Shown piece by piece: positions 9,466 to 23,453 of a stretch of 64,000 nucleotides of DNA. This DNA comes from Bacillus subtilis subsp. subtilis str. 168 (GTDB taxonomy: Bacteria; Bacillota; Bacilli; Bacillales; Bacillaceae), in NCBI RefSeq assembly GCF_000009045.1, contig NC_000964.3, forward strand, positions 4,030,001-4,094,000, given 5' to 3'. The translations under genes were made by a program, and so were the position numbers. Below the pieces are notes generated by a model that saw only the letters and a list, made by a program, of their open reading frames with translations, was not told the DNA's origin and searched no databases. How positions within the stretch are numbered: position 1 is the first letter of the stretch; each line of letters opens with the position of its first letter.

Positions 9466-10875
9466 TTATTTAGATCCCCATACAGCCTCACCGCTGGTAT
9501 TCAGCACACTAAACGTCATGACGTTCTTCTCTCTCACCGAATCCCACTGGCGTAAAAATACCCCGTTATACTTCTTGCCTGCTAACGTGATGTCGGCGGT
9601 GTTTTTTCCGGTTTTCCTCCATGTTCCGGTCATTTCCCCGGAAATGGTGTGGTTTTTGTTGAGCTGGATGTTGATGGTTTGTTTGATGTCGGCTGAGATG
9701 TCTTTTCCGTGCTGGATAAGTTTGTATGTTCCTGTGATGTCTTTTTGTTTTACTTCTTTCAATGTTTCGCCCGCATAACGATATGGTGCTGCTACCGGCC
9801 AGCCGTCTTTGTTCATGAACAATTGGTGGACTCTGACTTCGTGTTCTTCACCCCTGCCCGGGAAGCGGGTGTGGAAGATTAAATAGGAACGCCCGGTTTT
9901 TTCATCATAGTATGCGGAGTTGTGGCCTGGTGAGACGTACCCGGTGCCTTTTTCATTTTCTGTTTCAAAAGTGTAGCTGCCCATGAGTTTGACGCCGTAT
10001 GGTTCGATGGAACGGTCGTCGAAGAATGTGCCTCCCTTGCCGCGGACGTCGAGCATTGGATTGCCTTCTGCATCATAGTAAGGGCCGTCCGGTTTCTTGG
10101 AGCGGGCCACACGGATGTTGTAGCCGCCTGTTGCATCGAGACCGCCATATGATAGGTATAAGTAGTAGTATTGGGTGTCTGGATTGTAGAGAACATACGG
10201 GCCTTCGATTCTGCTGTGGTTGCCGCCGAGCAGTTTTTTCCCATATCCCTGTCCAGGAAGCGGGAAGCCCGTTTTCGGATTCATTTCAAGTATGAAAATG
10301 CCGCCTGAGTATGATCCGTACACCATCCACAGCTTGCCGTCTTTATCAAAGAAGGTATGCGGGTCGACGACATTCGGATGTTTGGTTGCATCATACGGTG
10401 TTCCATCGCTGCTTGTGCCTTCCATTCCTGATTTCAAAAAGATGCCTTTGTTTTTGTATGGGCCTTCGATGTTGTCAGCAACGGCAACACCCATGGCGGA
10501 TCTTGGCGAATCGCCGCGGCAGGCGTTGTAGTACATGTAGTATTTGCCGTCCGCCAGCTGCGTGACGTCAGCCGCCCAAAGAGTATCGGATTGCGCCCAT
10601 TCGAAGGTTTCTTTTAATTCTTCATAGACATTCGGGATAAGTGGGTTGTCATTGCTTACGCTGGTGGTCAGCTGCTGCCATTGCATGAGGTCATTCGATT
10701 TAGCTGAAGCGAGATGAGATCCAAAAACATAAAAAGTGCCGTTTGTTTCAATGATGGAAGGGTCATGGACGCTGACTTCTTTAAATATAGGTTTTTGTGC
10801 ATAGACGGAGTTTGGGAGGGTGAAGGCCATGATAAGAGCTGCAAGAAAACATACACGGAACAATCGGTTGAACAT
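9466..10875 (-). CDS. abn2: Secreted endo-1,5-alpha-L-arabinanase (GH43), 469 aa
   Basis: Signal peptide, SVHDPSI GH43 motif, WAADV, VVDPHTF and a C-terminal beta domain. Confidence 0.93.
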   Translation of the reverse strand: MFNRLFRVCFLAALIMAFTLPNSVYAQKPIFKEVSVHDPSIIETNGTFYVFGSHLASAKSNDLMQWQQLTTSVSNDNPLIPNVYEELKETFEWAQSDTLWAADVTQLADGKYYMYYNACRGDSPRSAMGVAVADNIEGPYKNKGIFLKSGMEGTSSDGTPYDATKHPNVVDPHTFFDKDGKLWMVYGSYSGGIFILEMNPKTGFPLPGQGYGKKLLGGNHSRIEGPYVLYNPDTQYYYLYLSYGGLDATGGYNIRVARSKKPDGPYYDAEGNPMLDVRGKGGTFFDDRSIEPYGVKLMGSYTFETENEKGTGYVSPGHNSAYYDEKTGRSYLIFHTRFPGRGEEHEVRVHQLFMNKDGWPVAAPYRYAGETLKEVKQKDITGTYKLIQHGKDISADIKQTINIQLNKNHTISGEMTGTWRKTGKNTADITLAGKKYNGVFLRQWDSVREKNVMTFSVLNTSGEAVWGSK

Positions 10876-10906
10876 CTAAACAATTCGCCTCTCTTTTTTA
10901 TTAAAT

Positions 10907-10920
10907 TTTAAACGCTTACA
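10907..10920 (-). promoter_or_regulatory. cre site upstream of abn2
   Basis: TGTAAGCGTTTAAA on the minus strand fits the cre consensus. Confidence 0.6.
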
Positions 10921-11008
10921 TTTCTCTATGAAGATACCCCGGCCTATTAAAACAGCCGAATGTTTTCATATTCATCCAGATAGGTGATTTCTCACTTCAC
11001 TTACATAG

Positions 11009-11173
11009 TCAGACTGATGTCTGTCTGTTTTGCGCAGAACTTGTTGCTTGCATATCCTCTCCTTCATAGTTCAACTCTTTTGCTGTTTCTCCTTCTTGCA
11101 TCACGTCTGTTTTTCTTTCGCGTACATGTAATAACTGCTTTGTCAGGTTTTGCATCAACTGTGATACAGCCAT
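11009..11173 (-). CDS. yxzL: Small hypothetical ORF (54 aa), possibly a gene remnant
   Basis: Manual translation: MAVSQLMQNLTKQLLHVRERKTDVMQEGETAKELNYEGEDMQATSSAQNRQTSV*. No clear RBS. The symbol is from recall only. Confidence 0.35.
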   Translation of the reverse strand: MAVSQLMQNLTKQLLHVRERKTDVMQEGETAKELNYEGEDMQATSSAQNRQTSV

Positions 11174-11414
11174 TTCGTTGTCGGCGTTTTTTAAGATGAT
11201 GCCTGATTGCCCGTCAACACCAGAGTCATTCGGCTGGCTCTTTATAAAACGCCTTGCGAAAAATACGACTTAGTAAACGCATATTGAGAGTTAGACAGCG
11301 GCGCTTGCCTCCTTGTCTGGATATCGTGTGCAATCGCTGAAAAAACCTGTTCTGCTTTCTGCGTCACGCTATTACAATAGCAATCTAACTTGTTAAAGAC
11401 TATAAAAAAACCTT

Positions 11415-11481
11415 TTGACTTCTGCTGCTGAACCAATTAATATAATACTCAGTTAATAGTTATCAGAATTTTTAGGAATTG
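11415..11481 (+). promoter_or_regulatory. hut operon promoter with downstream operator region (cre-like and CodY-like boxes)
   Basis: TTGACT at 11415 with TAATAT (17-nt spacer) or TATAAT (11441). AATTTTTAGGAATTG at 11467 is a 4-mismatch CodY-like box. Confidence 0.7.
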
Positions 11482-11491
11482 AGTGATTCAT

Positions 11492-11938
11492 ATGACACTG
11501 CATAAAGAGCGTCGGATCGGCCGGCTGTCTGTTCTCCTGCTGCTGAATGAGGCGGAAGAAAGTACGCAGGTTGAGGAGCTGGAGCGAGACGGATGGAAGG
11601 TCTGTCTTGGCAAGGTAGGATCAATGGACGCACATAAAGTAGTAGCCGCAATTGAAACCGCTTCCAAAAAGAGCGGTGTCATTCAATCTGAGGGTTATCG
11701 GGAGTCACATGCGCTTTATCATGCGACGATGGAGGCTTTGCATGGCGTGACCAGAGGTGAAATGCTGCTGGGATCGCTGCTTCGGACGGTGGGATTGAGG
11801 TTTGCCGTTTTGAGGGGAAATCCTTATGAAAGTGAAGCGGAAGGCGATTGGATCGCTGTCTCGCTTTACGGAACAATCGGGGCGCCGATTAAAGGTCTTG
11901 AGCATGAAACATTCGGCGTTGGAATTAATCACATATGA
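11492..11938 (+). CDS. hutP: Histidine-responsive RNA-binding antiterminator HutP (148 aa)
   Basis: MTLHKERRIGRLSVLLLL..., with the HutP family C-terminus GTIGAPIKGLEHETFGVGINHI. Confidence 0.96.
   Translation: MTLHKERRIGRLSVLLLLNEAEESTQVEELERDGWKVCLGKVGSMDAHKVVAAIETASKKSGVIQSEGYRESHALYHATMEALHGVTRGEMLLGSLLRTVGLRFAVLRGNPYESEAEGDWIAVSLYGTIGAPIKGLEHETFGVGINHI
11653..11666 (+). promoter_or_regulatory. cre site inside hutP
   Basis: TGAAACCGCTTCCA matches the cre consensus. Confidence 0.8.
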
Positions 11939-11945
11939 AACAGCC

Positions 11946-12008
11946 CATAGATCTTAGACGATAGGGGGCTATGCGTGAAAACAGAAGTTCACAGCATAGC
12001 TCCTTTTT
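11946..12008 (+). terminator. hutP-hutH attenuator: three UAG motifs (HutP site) plus terminator
   Basis: TAG at 11948, 11955 and 11962 with 7-nt periodicity. Stem GGGGCTATGC/GCATAGCTCC followed by TTTTT. Confidence 0.9.
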
Positions 12009-12050
12009 GTATGGGCGCTTTACCAAAGTAAAGAAAAAGGAGTTGGGCTT

Positions 12051-13577
12051 ATGGTGACTTTAGACGGTTCTTCATTGACAACAGCCGACGTCGCTCGTGT
12101 GCTGTTTGATTTTGAGGAGGCAGCGGCTTCTGAGGAAAGTATGGAGCGCGTGAAAAAAAGCAGAGCAGCAGTGGAACGGATTGTACGCGACGAAAAGACA
12201 ATCTACGGCATCAACACCGGATTTGGCAAATTCAGCGATGTCCTGATTCAGAAAGAAGACTCGGCGGCGCTGCAGCTGAATTTAATCCTTTCTCATGCCT
12301 GCGGAGTCGGCGACCCTTTTCCTGAGTGTGTTTCCAGGGCAATGCTGCTTTTGCGCGCCAATGCGCTGTTAAAAGGCTTTTCCGGTGTACGCGCTGAGCT
12401 GATCGAGCAGTTGCTTGCTTTTTTAAATAAACGCGTCCATCCTGTCATCCCTCAGCAAGGATCACTTGGCGCAAGCGGAGATCTGGCGCCGCTTTCCCAC
12501 TTGGCGCTTGCGCTGATCGGACAAGGAGAAGTCTTTTTTGAGGGGGAAAGAATGCCGGCAATGACAGGCTTGAAAAAAGCAGGTATTCAACCGGTAACGC
12601 TGACATCCAAGGAAGGGCTTGCCTTGATTAACGGGACTCAGGCCATGACTGCAATGGGGGTGGTCGCCTACATCGAAGCTGAGAAACTAGCCTATCAAAC
12701 AGAACGAATTGCCAGCTTAACGATTGAGGGGTTGCAGGGAATTATCGATGCATTTGACGAGGATATTCACTTAGCCCGCGGCTATCAGGAGCAGATCGAT
12801 GTCGCAGAACGAATTCGCTTTTATCTATCTGACAGCGGCCTGACAACCTCCCAGGGAGAACTGCGGGTACAGGATGCCTATTCATTGCGCTGTATTCCGC
12901 AAGTACACGGTGCGACTTGGCAGACACTAGGATATGTCAAAGAAAAATTAGAGATTGAAATGAACGCAGCTACAGACAATCCACTCATTTTCAATGACGG
13001 TGACAAAGTGATTTCCGGCGGAAACTTTCACGGACAGCCAATCGCCTTTGCCATGGATTTTCTGAAAATCGCAATATCAGAGCTTGCGAATATCGCAGAG
13101 CGTAGGATCGAACGACTTGTGAATCCGCAGCTGAATGACCTGCCGCCGTTCCTGAGCCCTCATCCCGGTCTGCAATCCGGTGCAATGATCATGCAGTACG
13201 CCGCGGCCTCACTCGTTTCTGAAAATAAAACACTGGCCCATCCTGCAAGTGTGGATTCCATTCCGTCATCCGCCAACCAAGAGGACCATGTCAGCATGGG
13301 AACCATCGCCGCTCGGCATGCTTATCAGGTGATCGCAAATACAAGGAGAGTCATTGCGATCGAAGCCATTTGCGCATTGCAGGCTGTTGAATACAGAGGC
13401 ATAGAACATGCAGCGTCCTATACGAAACAGCTTTTTCAAGAAATGAGAAAAGTCGTGCCGTCCATTCAGCAGGACCGTGTTTTTTCCTATGACATTGAAC
13501 GCTTGACTGACTGGCTGAAGAAAGAATCTTTAATACCTGATCATCAGAATAAAGAACTAAGGGGGATGAACATATGA
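12051..13577 (+). CDS. hutH: Histidine ammonia-lyase
   Basis: [12 protein letters not shown] (MIO-forming ASG) and [11 protein letters not shown]. Confidence 0.98.
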   Translation: MVTLDGSSLTTADVARVLFDFEEAAASEESMERVKKSRAAVERIVRDEKTIYGINTGFGKFSDVLIQKEDSAALQLNLILSHACGVGDPFPECVSRAMLLLRANALLKGFSGVRAELIEQLLAFLNKRVHPVIPQQGSLGASGDLAPLSHLALALIGQGEVFFEGERMPAMTGLKKAGIQPVTLTSKEGLALINGTQAMTAMGVVAYIEAEKLAYQTERIASLTIEGLQGIIDAFDEDIHLARGYQEQIDVAERIRFYLSDSGLTTSQGELRVQDAYSLRCIPQVHGATWQTLGYVKEKLEIEMNAATDNPLIFNDGDKVISGGNFHGQPIAFAMDFLKIAISELANIAERRIERLVNPQLNDLPPFLSPHPGLQSGAMIMQYAAASLVSENKTLAHPASVDSIPSSANQEDHVSMGTIAARHAYQVIANTRRVIAIEAICALQAVEYRGIEHAASYTKQLFQEMRKVVPSIQQDRVFSYDIERLTDWLKKESLIPDHQNKELRGMNI

Positions 13578-15232
13578 CTGATGTAAAAAAATCAATCCGT
13601 GCCAACAGAGGAACAGAGCTTGAATGCTTAGGATGGGAGCAAGAGGCAGTGCTTCGGATGCTTCGAAACAACCTTGATCCAGAAGTCGCCGAGAAGCCGG
13701 AGGACCTCATCGTATATGGCGGGATTGGCAAAGCCGCACGGGATTGGGACGCTTTTCACGCCATTGAGCATTCCTTGAAAACATTAAAAAATGATGAAAC
13801 ATTGCTCGTGCAATCCGGAAAGCCCGTTGGCATGTTCCGTACACACCCGCAGGCCCCTCGCGTGCTCCTAGCAAATTCTGTTCTTGTTCCGAAGTGGGCA
13901 GACTGGGAGCATTTCCACGAACTTGAGAAAAAAGGGTTAATGATGTACGGACAGATGACGGCTGGCAGCTGGATTTACATTGGCTCACAAGGCATATTGC
14001 AAGGAACCTATGAAACCTTCGCTGAGCTGGCGCGACAGCACTTCGGGGGCAGCTTAAAAGGAACGTTGACGCTGACAGCGGGTCTCGGCGGAATGGGAGG
14101 CGCCCAGCCGCTGTCAGTCACGATGAATGAAGGCGTCGTGATTGCCGTCGAGGTTGACGAGAAACGCATCGACAAGCGGATCGAAACAAAATACTGCGAT
14201 CGAAAAACAGCATCGATTGAGGAAGCCTTAGCTTGGGCTGAAGAGGCAAAGCTGGCAGGAAAACCTTTGTCCATTGCACTTCTCGGAAACGCAGCTGAGG
14301 TGCATCACACACTTTTGAACCGAGGCGTCAAAATTGATATTGTGACAGATCAGACATCTGCCCATGACCCTTTAATCGGTTATGTTCCCGAGGGCTATTC
14401 CCTTGATGAAGCTGACCGTTTGCGTCAAGACACTCCAGAGCTTTACGTGCGCCTTGCGAAGCAAAGCATGAAAAAACATGTCGAAGCCATGCTGGCCTTT
14501 CAGCAAAAGGGCTCTATTGTATTTGACTACGGCAACAATATCCGGCAAGTCGCAAAGGATGAAGGGCTGGAGAATGCCTTCGATTTTCCGGGGTTTGTCC
14601 CTGCCTACATCCGCCCCTTATTCTGTGAAGGAAAAGGGCCGTTCCGCTGGGCGGCGCTTTCCGGAGATCCGGCAGATATTTACCGTACGGATGCGTTATT
14701 AAAAGAGCTGTTCCCGACAAATAAAGCCCTTCACCGCTGGATTGATATGGCACAGGAAAAAGTCACCTTCCAAGGCTTGCCGTCCCGTATCTGCTGGCTT
14801 GGATATGGAGAACGAAAAAAGATGGGCCTCGCCATTAACGAGCTGGTTAGAACCGGGGAGCTAAAAGCGCCTGTCGTTATTGGGAGAGATCATTTGGACT
14901 GCGGGTCTGTCGCCTCTCCAAACCGGGAAACAGAAGCGATGAAGGATGGAAGTGACGCTGTCGGTGATTGGGCTGTGCTAAATGCGCTTGTCAACACGGC
15001 GGCGGGTGCAAGCTGGGTTTCCTTCCACCATGGCGGCGGCGTCGGAATGGGCTATTCCCTTCATGCCGGCATGGTTGCAGTGGCCGATGGAAGTGAGCTG
15101 GCTGACGAGCGGCTCGCGCGGGTCTTAACGAGCGACCCAGGAATGGGCATTATCCGTCATGCGGATGCGGGTTATGAACGTGCCGTTGAAGTAGCGAAGG
15201 AACAGGACATTATCGTGCCGATGCAAAAATAA
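13574..15232 (+). CDS. hutU: Urocanate hydratase
   Basis: [19 protein letters not shown] and HHGGGVG motifs. Confidence 0.98.
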   Translation: MTDVKKSIRANRGTELECLGWEQEAVLRMLRNNLDPEVAEKPEDLIVYGGIGKAARDWDAFHAIEHSLKTLKNDETLLVQSGKPVGMFRTHPQAPRVLLANSVLVPKWADWEHFHELEKKGLMMYGQMTAGSWIYIGSQGILQGTYETFAELARQHFGGSLKGTLTLTAGLGGMGGAQPLSVTMNEGVVIAVEVDEKRIDKRIETKYCDRKTASIEEALAWAEEAKLAGKPLSIALLGNAAEVHHTLLNRGVKIDIVTDQTSAHDPLIGYVPEGYSLDEADRLRQDTPELYVRLAKQSMKKHVEAMLAFQQKGSIVFDYGNNIRQVAKDEGLENAFDFPGFVPAYIRPLFCEGKGPFRWAALSGDPADIYRTDALLKELFPTNKALHRWIDMAQEKVTFQGLPSRICWLGYGERKKMGLAINELVRTGELKAPVVIGRDHLDCGSVASPNRETEAMKDGSDAVGDWAVLNALVNTAAGASWVSFHHGGGVGMGYSLHAGMVAVADGSELADERLARVLTSDPGMGIIRHADAGYERAVEVAKEQDIIVPMQK

Positions 15233-17462
<2,230 letters not shown>

Positions 17463-17537
17463 TCTTCTGGCAGGTTGTATTTTGGGTATAAGAAACTCAT
17501 CTGCCTAAGGAATGGCAGCTAAAAGGAGGGCGAGACA

Positions 17538-18965
17538 GTGAATCTTCAGGAGAACAGCAGCCAACAGCTAAAACGCACAATGAAAAGCAGGCACCTATTT
17601 ATGATCTCATTGGGAGGCGTCATAGGCACAGGACTTTTCCTCAGTACGGGCTATACGCTACATCAAGCCGGACCCGGCGGTACGATACTCGCTTATGTAA
17701 TCGGCGGGTTGATGATGTACCTCGTCATGCAATGTCTCGGCGAATTGTCGGTTGCCATGCCGGTGACCGGCTCTTTTCAAAAATATGCTACAACATTTAT
17801 CGGTCCATCTACCGGTTTTATGGTCGGCATCATGTACTGGATCAATTGGGTGGTGACGGTAGGCTCTGAGTTTACCGCATCCGGTATTCTCATGCAGCGC
17901 TGGTTCCCTGACAGCAGTGTATGGATGTGGAGTGCGATTTTTGCAGCCCTTCTTTTTATATGCAACGCATTTTCAGTTAAGTTATTTGCGGAAACTGAAT
18001 TTTGGTTTTCCAGCGTAAAGATTGTCACCATTATTTTATTTATCATTTTAGGAGGAGCCGCCATGTTTGGCCTGATCTCTTTAAACGGAACGGCGGATGC
18101 TCCTATGTTGTCAAACTTCACAGATCATGGCGGGTTGTTTCCAAATGGCTTTCTCGCCGTTTTTATCGCGATGATATCTGTGAGCTTCGCCTTTTCCGGT
18201 ACAGAGTTAATCGGCGTTACAGCAGGAGAATCAGCAAATCCTCAAAAGGATATACCGCGATCCATCCGTAATGTCGCATGGAGAACCGTGATTTTTTTCA
18301 TTGGCGCTGTCTTCATATTATCCGGGTTGATTTCATGGAAGGACGCAGGCGTGATTGAAAGCCCGTTTGTCGCCGTATTTGCGGAGATCGGAATTCCTTA
18401 CGCTGCTGATATTATGAATTTCGTAATATTAACAGCCTTGCTGTCTGTCGCCAACTCAGGCTTATATGCTTCGACCCGTATGATGTGGTCTTTAGCAAAT
18501 GAAAACATGATCAGCTCCCGTTTTAAGAAAGTGACATCTAAAGGCATTCCTTTAAATGCCTTAATGATCAGTATGGCTGTATCTTGTTTATCTCTCGTTT
18601 CCAGTATCGTGGCCCCTGGAACTGTCTATGTGGTGATGGTCGCAATTGCTGGATTTGCAGGAGTCGTGGTCTGGATGAGCATTGCCTTGTCCCAACTCTT
18701 GTTTCGAAAGAGATTTTTGAAAAAAGGGGGGGATGTAAAAGATCTGACATTTCGCACGCCGCTTTATCCTCTTATGCCTATAGCCGCTCTCTTATTATGT
18801 TCTGCTTCTTGTATCGGTCTTGCTTTTGATCCCAATCAAAGAATCGCACTTTTCTGCGGAGTTCCTTGTATCATCCTTTGCTATCTCATCTACCATTTCA
18901 AAAGAAATGTTACAAAAGCGAAAAAAATCAGCCAAGAGGAATATCCAGCCGATCACATCCTATAA
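17538..18965 (+). CDS. hutM: Histidine permease (APC family)
   Basis: [12 protein letters not shown] and [13 protein letters not shown] motifs, 12 TM. Confidence 0.95.
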   Translation: MNLQENSSQQLKRTMKSRHLFMISLGGVIGTGLFLSTGYTLHQAGPGGTILAYVIGGLMMYLVMQCLGELSVAMPVTGSFQKYATTFIGPSTGFMVGIMYWINWVVTVGSEFTASGILMQRWFPDSSVWMWSAIFAALLFICNAFSVKLFAETEFWFSSVKIVTIILFIILGGAAMFGLISLNGTADAPMLSNFTDHGGLFPNGFLAVFIAMISVSFAFSGTELIGVTAGESANPQKDIPRSIRNVAWRTVIFFIGAVFILSGLISWKDAGVIESPFVAVFAEIGIPYAADIMNFVILTALLSVANSGLYASTRMMWSLANENMISSRFKKVTSKGIPLNALMISMAVSCLSLVSSIVAPGTVYVVMVAIAGFAGVVVWMSIALSQLLFRKRFLKKGGDVKDLTFRTPLYPLMPIAALLLCSASCIGLAFDPNQRIALFCGVPCIILCYLIYHFKRNVTKAKKISQEEYPADHIL

Positions 18966-18967
18966 TT

Positions 18968-19010
18968 AAAAAAGCACACCCCGCTCAGCATGGGATGTGC
19001 TTTATTTTTT
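18968..19010. terminator. Bidirectional terminator between hutM and pdp
   Basis: AAAGCACA-CCC...GGG-A-TGTGCTTT with flanking A/T runs, between convergent genes. Confidence 0.8.
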
Positions 19011-20310
19011 ATTCTGTAATTAACGTATGAATCAGCTTCGGCGCCTTCGCTTCCGCGGCGATGCGGATGTTGTCATAGACTTTTGCGATGACTTCATCGA
19101 CGTTTTCTCGGTTAGCGTAAAGCGTTACGAGCGGTTCCCCTTTTTCTACTTTGTCGCCGACCTTTTTGCGGAGCATGATGCCGACGGCTAAATCGATTTC
19201 GTCTTCTTTTGTGGCGCGGCCGGCACCTAACAGCATCGCCGCGACGCCGATTTCGTCCGCGACGATTTCAGAGACGACACCCGCTTCTTTGGCAGGCACA
19301 TCAATTTGATATGCGGCTTGCGGAAGCTTAGACGGATCGTCAACAATTGAGCTGTCGCCGCCTTGGTTTTTCAGGAAATCCTTGAATTTCTCAAGTGCTT
19401 TGCCGTTTTTCATGACTTCTTCCAGCTTCGCTCTCGCTTCGTCCAATGTATCGGCTTTTTTCGCAAGCACAACCATCTGGCTGCCGAGCGTTAAGACAAG
19501 CTCATGAAGATCCTCAGGCCCCTCGCCTTTGAGCGTGTCGATCGCTTCTTTGACTTCAAGCGCATTTCCGATCGCAAAGCCGAGTGGCTGGGACATGTCT
19601 GAAATGACAGCCATTGTTTGACGGCCGACGTTATTTCCGATGCGTACCATCGCTTTGGCAAGTTCAGCTGCGTCTTCTTCTGTTTTCATGAAGGCGCCCG
19701 CTCCCGTTTTTACGTCAAGCACGATGGCGTCCGCCCCGGCAGCGATTTTTTTGCTCATAATCGAGCTTGCAATGAGCGGAATGGAATTGACCGTTCCCGT
19801 TACATCACGAAGCGCGTACAGTTTTTTATCAGCCGGCGTTAAATTGCCGCTTTGGCCGATGACCGCAACCTTGTCGCGGTTCACAAGTTTAATAAATTCA
19901 TCCTTCGTCAGTTCCACGTGGAAGCCCATGATTGCCTCTAACTTATCAATCGTGCCGCCCGTATGGCCGAGGCCGCGGCCGGACATCTTAGCAACCGGCA
20001 CATCAAGAGCCGCAACAAGCGGAGCGAGAACGAGCGTTGTCGTGTCGCCGACGCCGCCGGTAGAGTGTTTATCCACTTTAATTCCTTCAATGGCAGAAAG
20101 ATCAATCGTTTCACCGGAGTTCACCATAGCCATCGTCAAGTCCGCGCGTTCACGGTCACTCATATCCTGGAAGAAAATCGCCATAGCAAGCGCGCTTGCC
20201 TGATAATCAGGAATGCTTCCATCTGTATAGCCGTTCACAAAAAATTGAATTTCTTCAGTGGTGAGTTCTTTTCCGTTTTGTTTTTTGATGATGATATCTA
20301 CCATTCTCAT
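19009..20310 (-). CDS. pdp: Pyrimidine-nucleoside phosphorylase
   Basis: [23 protein letters not shown] and [11 protein letters not shown]. Confidence 0.98.
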   Translation of the reverse strand: MRMVDIIIKKQNGKELTTEEIQFFVNGYTDGSIPDYQASALAMAIFFQDMSDRERADLTMAMVNSGETIDLSAIEGIKVDKHSTGGVGDTTTLVLAPLVAALDVPVAKMSGRGLGHTGGTIDKLEAIMGFHVELTKDEFIKLVNRDKVAVIGQSGNLTPADKKLYALRDVTGTVNSIPLIASSIMSKKIAAGADAIVLDVKTGAGAFMKTEEDAAELAKAMVRIGNNVGRQTMAVISDMSQPLGFAIGNALEVKEAIDTLKGEGPEDLHELVLTLGSQMVVLAKKADTLDEARAKLEEVMKNGKALEKFKDFLKNQGGDSSIVDDPSKLPQAAYQIDVPAKEAGVVSEIVADEIGVAAMLLGAGRATKEDEIDLAVGIMLRKKVGDKVEKGEPLVTLYANRENVDEVIAKVYDNIRIAAEAKAPKLIHTLITE

Positions 20311-20339
20311 GTTTGGTCACCGATCCTTTTCGATTAAGT

Positions 20340-21521
20340 TCAGTAAATCAAGCCCACAATTGCTGCTGATAAAAAGCTGACAAGCGTAGCACCGTATAAT
20401 AATTTCAAGCCGAAACGAGCGACGACATTTCCTTGCTTTTCATTCAGTCCTTTTACGGCACCGGCAATGATTCCGATTGAGGAGAAGTTCGCAAATGACA
20501 CAAGGAATACCGATACGATCGCTGTTGTACGGCCGCTGAAATGGAAACCGTTTTGCGTAAGCGACGTCATGGCGACAAATTCATTCGATACCATTTTTGT
20601 TGCCATAATGCTTCCCGCATTAACAGCTTCATTCCATGGGATACCGACAAGAAAAGCGAATGGAGCAAACACATATCCAAGAATGCCTTGGAACGAAATA
20701 CCGAATACTGCATTAAAAATGCCATTGATCAATGCAATAATCGCGACAAATCCAATCAGCATCGCAGCGACGACAACCGCTACTTTGAAACCGTCAAGAA
20801 TGTATTCTCCGAGCACTTCGAAGAAGGATTGTTTTTCTTCTTCCTCAACACGAAGCATATCCTCTTCTTTTGCAACCTCGTACGGATTGATAATAGAAGC
20901 GATAATGAAACCGCCAAATAAGTTCAAAACAAGCGCTGTTACAACATATTCCGGTTTCAGCATTGTCATATACGCACCGACAATCGACATTGATACAGTT
21001 GACATCGCAGATGCGCAAAGCGTGTACAAGCGCTGCTGATTTAAAAGACCGAGTTCTTTCTTCAAGGAGATAAATACTTCTGACTGCCCTAAAATCGCAG
21101 AAGCCACTGCGTTATACGATTCCAATCTTCCCATACCGTTTACCTTGCTGAGGGCAAGGCCGATATATCTAATGATAAACGGGAGGACTTTCCACTTTTG
21201 CAGAATCCCGATCAGAGCGGAAATAAACACGATTGGCAAGAGAACATTCATAAAGAATGTCGTTTGGTCCGCATTCACCAAGCCGCCAAACACAAAGTTA
21301 ATTCCCTCTGCCGCGTATTCAAGCAGGTAACCGAATCCTTTTGCAAATCCTCCCACGAGGAAATTCCCTATTCCGGTATTGAGGAGAATGTAGCCAAGAA
21401 TAAATTGCAAAATGAGCATAACAACAATTGGGCGGATCTTAATTCTTTTTTTGCCGCTGCTCGCGATCCACGCGAGGCCTAAAAACACGATTAAACCGAT
21501 AATCCCAATCAAATACTTCAT
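20340..21521 (-). CDS. nupC: Pyrimidine nucleoside transporter (CNT family)
   Basis: CNT motifs ([26 protein letters not shown]). Confidence 0.96.
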   Translation of the reverse strand: MKYLIGIIGLIVFLGLAWIASSGKKRIKIRPIVVMLILQFILGYILLNTGIGNFLVGGFAKGFGYLLEYAAEGINFVFGGLVNADQTTFFMNVLLPIVFISALIGILQKWKVLPFIIRYIGLALSKVNGMGRLESYNAVASAILGQSEVFISLKKELGLLNQQRLYTLCASAMSTVSMSIVGAYMTMLKPEYVVTALVLNLFGGFIIASIINPYEVAKEEDMLRVEEEEKQSFFEVLGEYILDGFKVAVVVAAMLIGFVAIIALINGIFNAVFGISFQGILGYVFAPFAFLVGIPWNEAVNAGSIMATKMVSNEFVAMTSLTQNGFHFSGRTTAIVSVFLVSFANFSSIGIIAGAVKGLNEKQGNVVARFGLKLLYGATLVSFLSAAIVGLIY

Positions 21522-21601
21522 ATGTGTTTCTCCTTTATTTGTATTCGCTTACAATTACTGTTTCCTCAGAAAACGGAAAGCAGTCTGCCTTCCGTCAGCT
21601 C

Positions 21602-22273
21602 TTAATAGTTGTCTCCGCCTGATGCATTTTCTCCTTTTACGATAGAAACGCCTGCGCTGGCGCCAATTCGGCTTGCTCCGGCCTCTACCATTGTGTCTAC
21701 ATCTTCTTTCGTTCTGACGCCGCCAGATGCTTTCACGCCGATATCAGGCCCTACTGTTTTGCGCATTAAGGCGATATCTTCCTTCGTTGCGCCGCCTGTA
21801 GAAAAGCCTGTTGATGTTTTTACGAAATCCGCTCCCGCAGACACCGCTAAACGGCATGCACGTTCTTTTTCTTCATCAGTCAGAAGGCACGTTTCGATAA
21901 TGACTTTGACAAGCGCTTTTCCGGCTACAGCTTCCACTACACCGCGGATATCAGCTTCCACCACATCGTCTTCCTTGTCTTTTAAAGCGGCAATATTAAT
22001 GACCATATCCACTTCAGTGGCGCCTTTTGAAATGGCGTCTTTTGTTTCGAACGCTTTTGTTTCAGTTGTATTGGCACCGAGCGGGAAGCCGATGACCGTA
22101 CAAACGTCGACTCCAGTTCCCTTAAGCTCTTTTGCAGCAAGCTCCACCCATGTCGGATTGACACATACTGAAGCAAATTTGTATGTTTTCGCTTCTTCAA
22201 TTAGTTTTAGAATGTCCGCTTTTTGTGTATGCGGTTTCAAAGCTGTATGATCAATTATGTTGGCTAATGACAT
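21602..22273 (-). CDS. deoC: Deoxyribose-phosphate aldolase (223 aa)
   Basis: [24 protein letters not shown] and GVKASGG. Confidence 0.98.
   Translation of the reverse strand: MSLANIIDHTALKPHTQKADILKLIEEAKTYKFASVCVNPTWVELAAKELKGTGVDVCTVIGFPLGANTTETKAFETKDAISKGATEVDMVINIAALKDKEDDVVEADIRGVVEAVAGKALVKVIIETCLLTDEEKERACRLAVSAGADFVKTSTGFSTGGATKEDIALMRKTVGPDIGVKASGGVRTKEDVDTMVEAGASRIGASAGVSIVKGENASGGDNY
22226..22239 (-). promoter_or_regulatory. cre site inside deoC
   Basis: TGAAACCGCATACA on the minus strand. Confidence 0.7.
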
Positions 22274-22309
22274 CCTTCGCACACTTCCTTTTTTGTTAAG
22301 ATATTTTTT

Positions 22310-22362
22310 AGCATAACCGACTTTTGAACATATGTAAATTGGTAATTGAAATTTTGTTCAAT
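22310..22362 (-). promoter_or_regulatory. deoC-nupC-pdp promoter (TTTACA-17-TATGCT) and DeoR operator palindrome
   Basis: ATTGAA-N6-TTCAAT at 22345-22362, with extra TTCAA half-sites on both sides. Confidence 0.8.
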
Positions 22363-22378
22363 GAAAGGTTTGAACGTG

Positions 22379-23320
22379 TCACAAATCATTAACAAGCGCC
22401 CTCGCGGTATGCTGGTCAATGATTAAAACGTTGGCATATTTTCCGGTTAATGCTCCGTGAATGGAAGATACTTTTCTGCTTCCGCCGGCAACTAAAATGG
22501 AGCGTTCCTTCAGTCTAAGGTCTTGAAGCTCAACACCGATGGTCCGGTCATTGATGGCGCTGCTGCAAATATTCCCTTTCGCATCAAAAAAGCGTGAACA
22601 AATATCCCCGACGGCCTGTTTTTTCAGCAGGGCTTTCTCTTCTTCGTTAAAATATCCGAGCCGAAACAACAGCGCTTCATCACGGACAGTCCCGACCGTA
22701 AAGAGAGCGATATTCGCCTGCTTGCCCATCTCAATGATCCGTTCAATATGACGGTCTTTCTCCACCATTCGCTTCACATCCGCATTATCAAACACGACGG
22801 GAAGCGGGAGATAGCGCGGCATCGTTTGAAAAGCCTCTGCAAACAGCTGAATCGTTTCAGCCGAATACGTGTTTACCCGGGAATGGCTGATGCCGCCTTT
22901 CAGCTGGACGACCTCGACGCCTTTTACCTGCTTCGGCTGCATGTTTTGCGCGATTTGATACATGGTGGTTCCCCAGCTGACGCCGACAATGTCGCCGTCT
23001 TTTACCGTTTCATGCATATATTCTGCACCATAGCGGCTTAGGTCATGTGTAATTCCTGCATAATCGGGTGTCGGGGAAAACACAACATGCGCCTCAAGGA
23101 GCCCGTATTTCTCTTCAAGTATGGAACCGAGCGCATCCAAATCCTCAAAAGGGTCCATGACGCGAATCTGGACATACCCTTTTTCCTTTGCATATTGCAG
23201 CAGCCGGGAAACGGTTGGCCTTGAAATGTTGAGCTGCTCAGCAATTTGCTGCTGACTGTAGTCAGACTGATAGTAAAGCCTTGCCGCTTCTATGCTTAAT
23301 TGCTGTTTTTCCCGATCCAT
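22379..23320 (-). CDS. deoR: SorC/DeoR-type sugar-binding repressor
   Basis: N-terminal HTH (YYQSDYSQQQIAEQLNISRPTVSRLL) plus a sugar-binding domain. Confidence 0.95.
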   Translation of the reverse strand: MDREKQQLSIEAARLYYQSDYSQQQIAEQLNISRPTVSRLLQYAKEKGYVQIRVMDPFEDLDALGSILEEKYGLLEAHVVFSPTPDYAGITHDLSRYGAEYMHETVKDGDIVGVSWGTTMYQIAQNMQPKQVKGVEVVQLKGGISHSRVNTYSAETIQLFAEAFQTMPRYLPLPVVFDNADVKRMVEKDRHIERIIEMGKQANIALFTVGTVRDEALLFRLGYFNEEEKALLKKQAVGDICSRFFDAKGNICSSAINDRTIGVELQDLRLKERSILVAGGSRKVSSIHGALTGKYANVLIIDQHTARALVNDL

Positions 23321-23421
23321 TCTGCACCTCCCTGTGGATCAGTCCTGATAAAACTGCTTTTGATTTGCTTTTATTATACAGGCTGGCGCCGGCTTTCATC
23401 CACCTGATTTCTAAGAAACTG

Positions 23422-23453
23422 AAAAACGCTCTGGGCGCGGACCTGCCCAGAGC
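23422..23453 (-). terminator. Terminator after yxxB
   Basis: GCTCTGGGC...GCCCAGAGC-GTTTTT on the minus strand. Confidence 0.75.

Noticed and set aside
18720-18732. A6-G7 homopolymer run in hutM as a phase-variation or slippage site
   Set aside because: The frame is intact (KKGG), the run length is unremarkable, and there is no other sign of contingency-locus behaviour.
19640-22250. Long antisense ORFs opposite pdp, nupC and deoC (187, 190, 213 aa)
   Set aside because: These are typical antisense mirror ORFs caused by codon bias of the real genes. They have no RBS or domain motifs.
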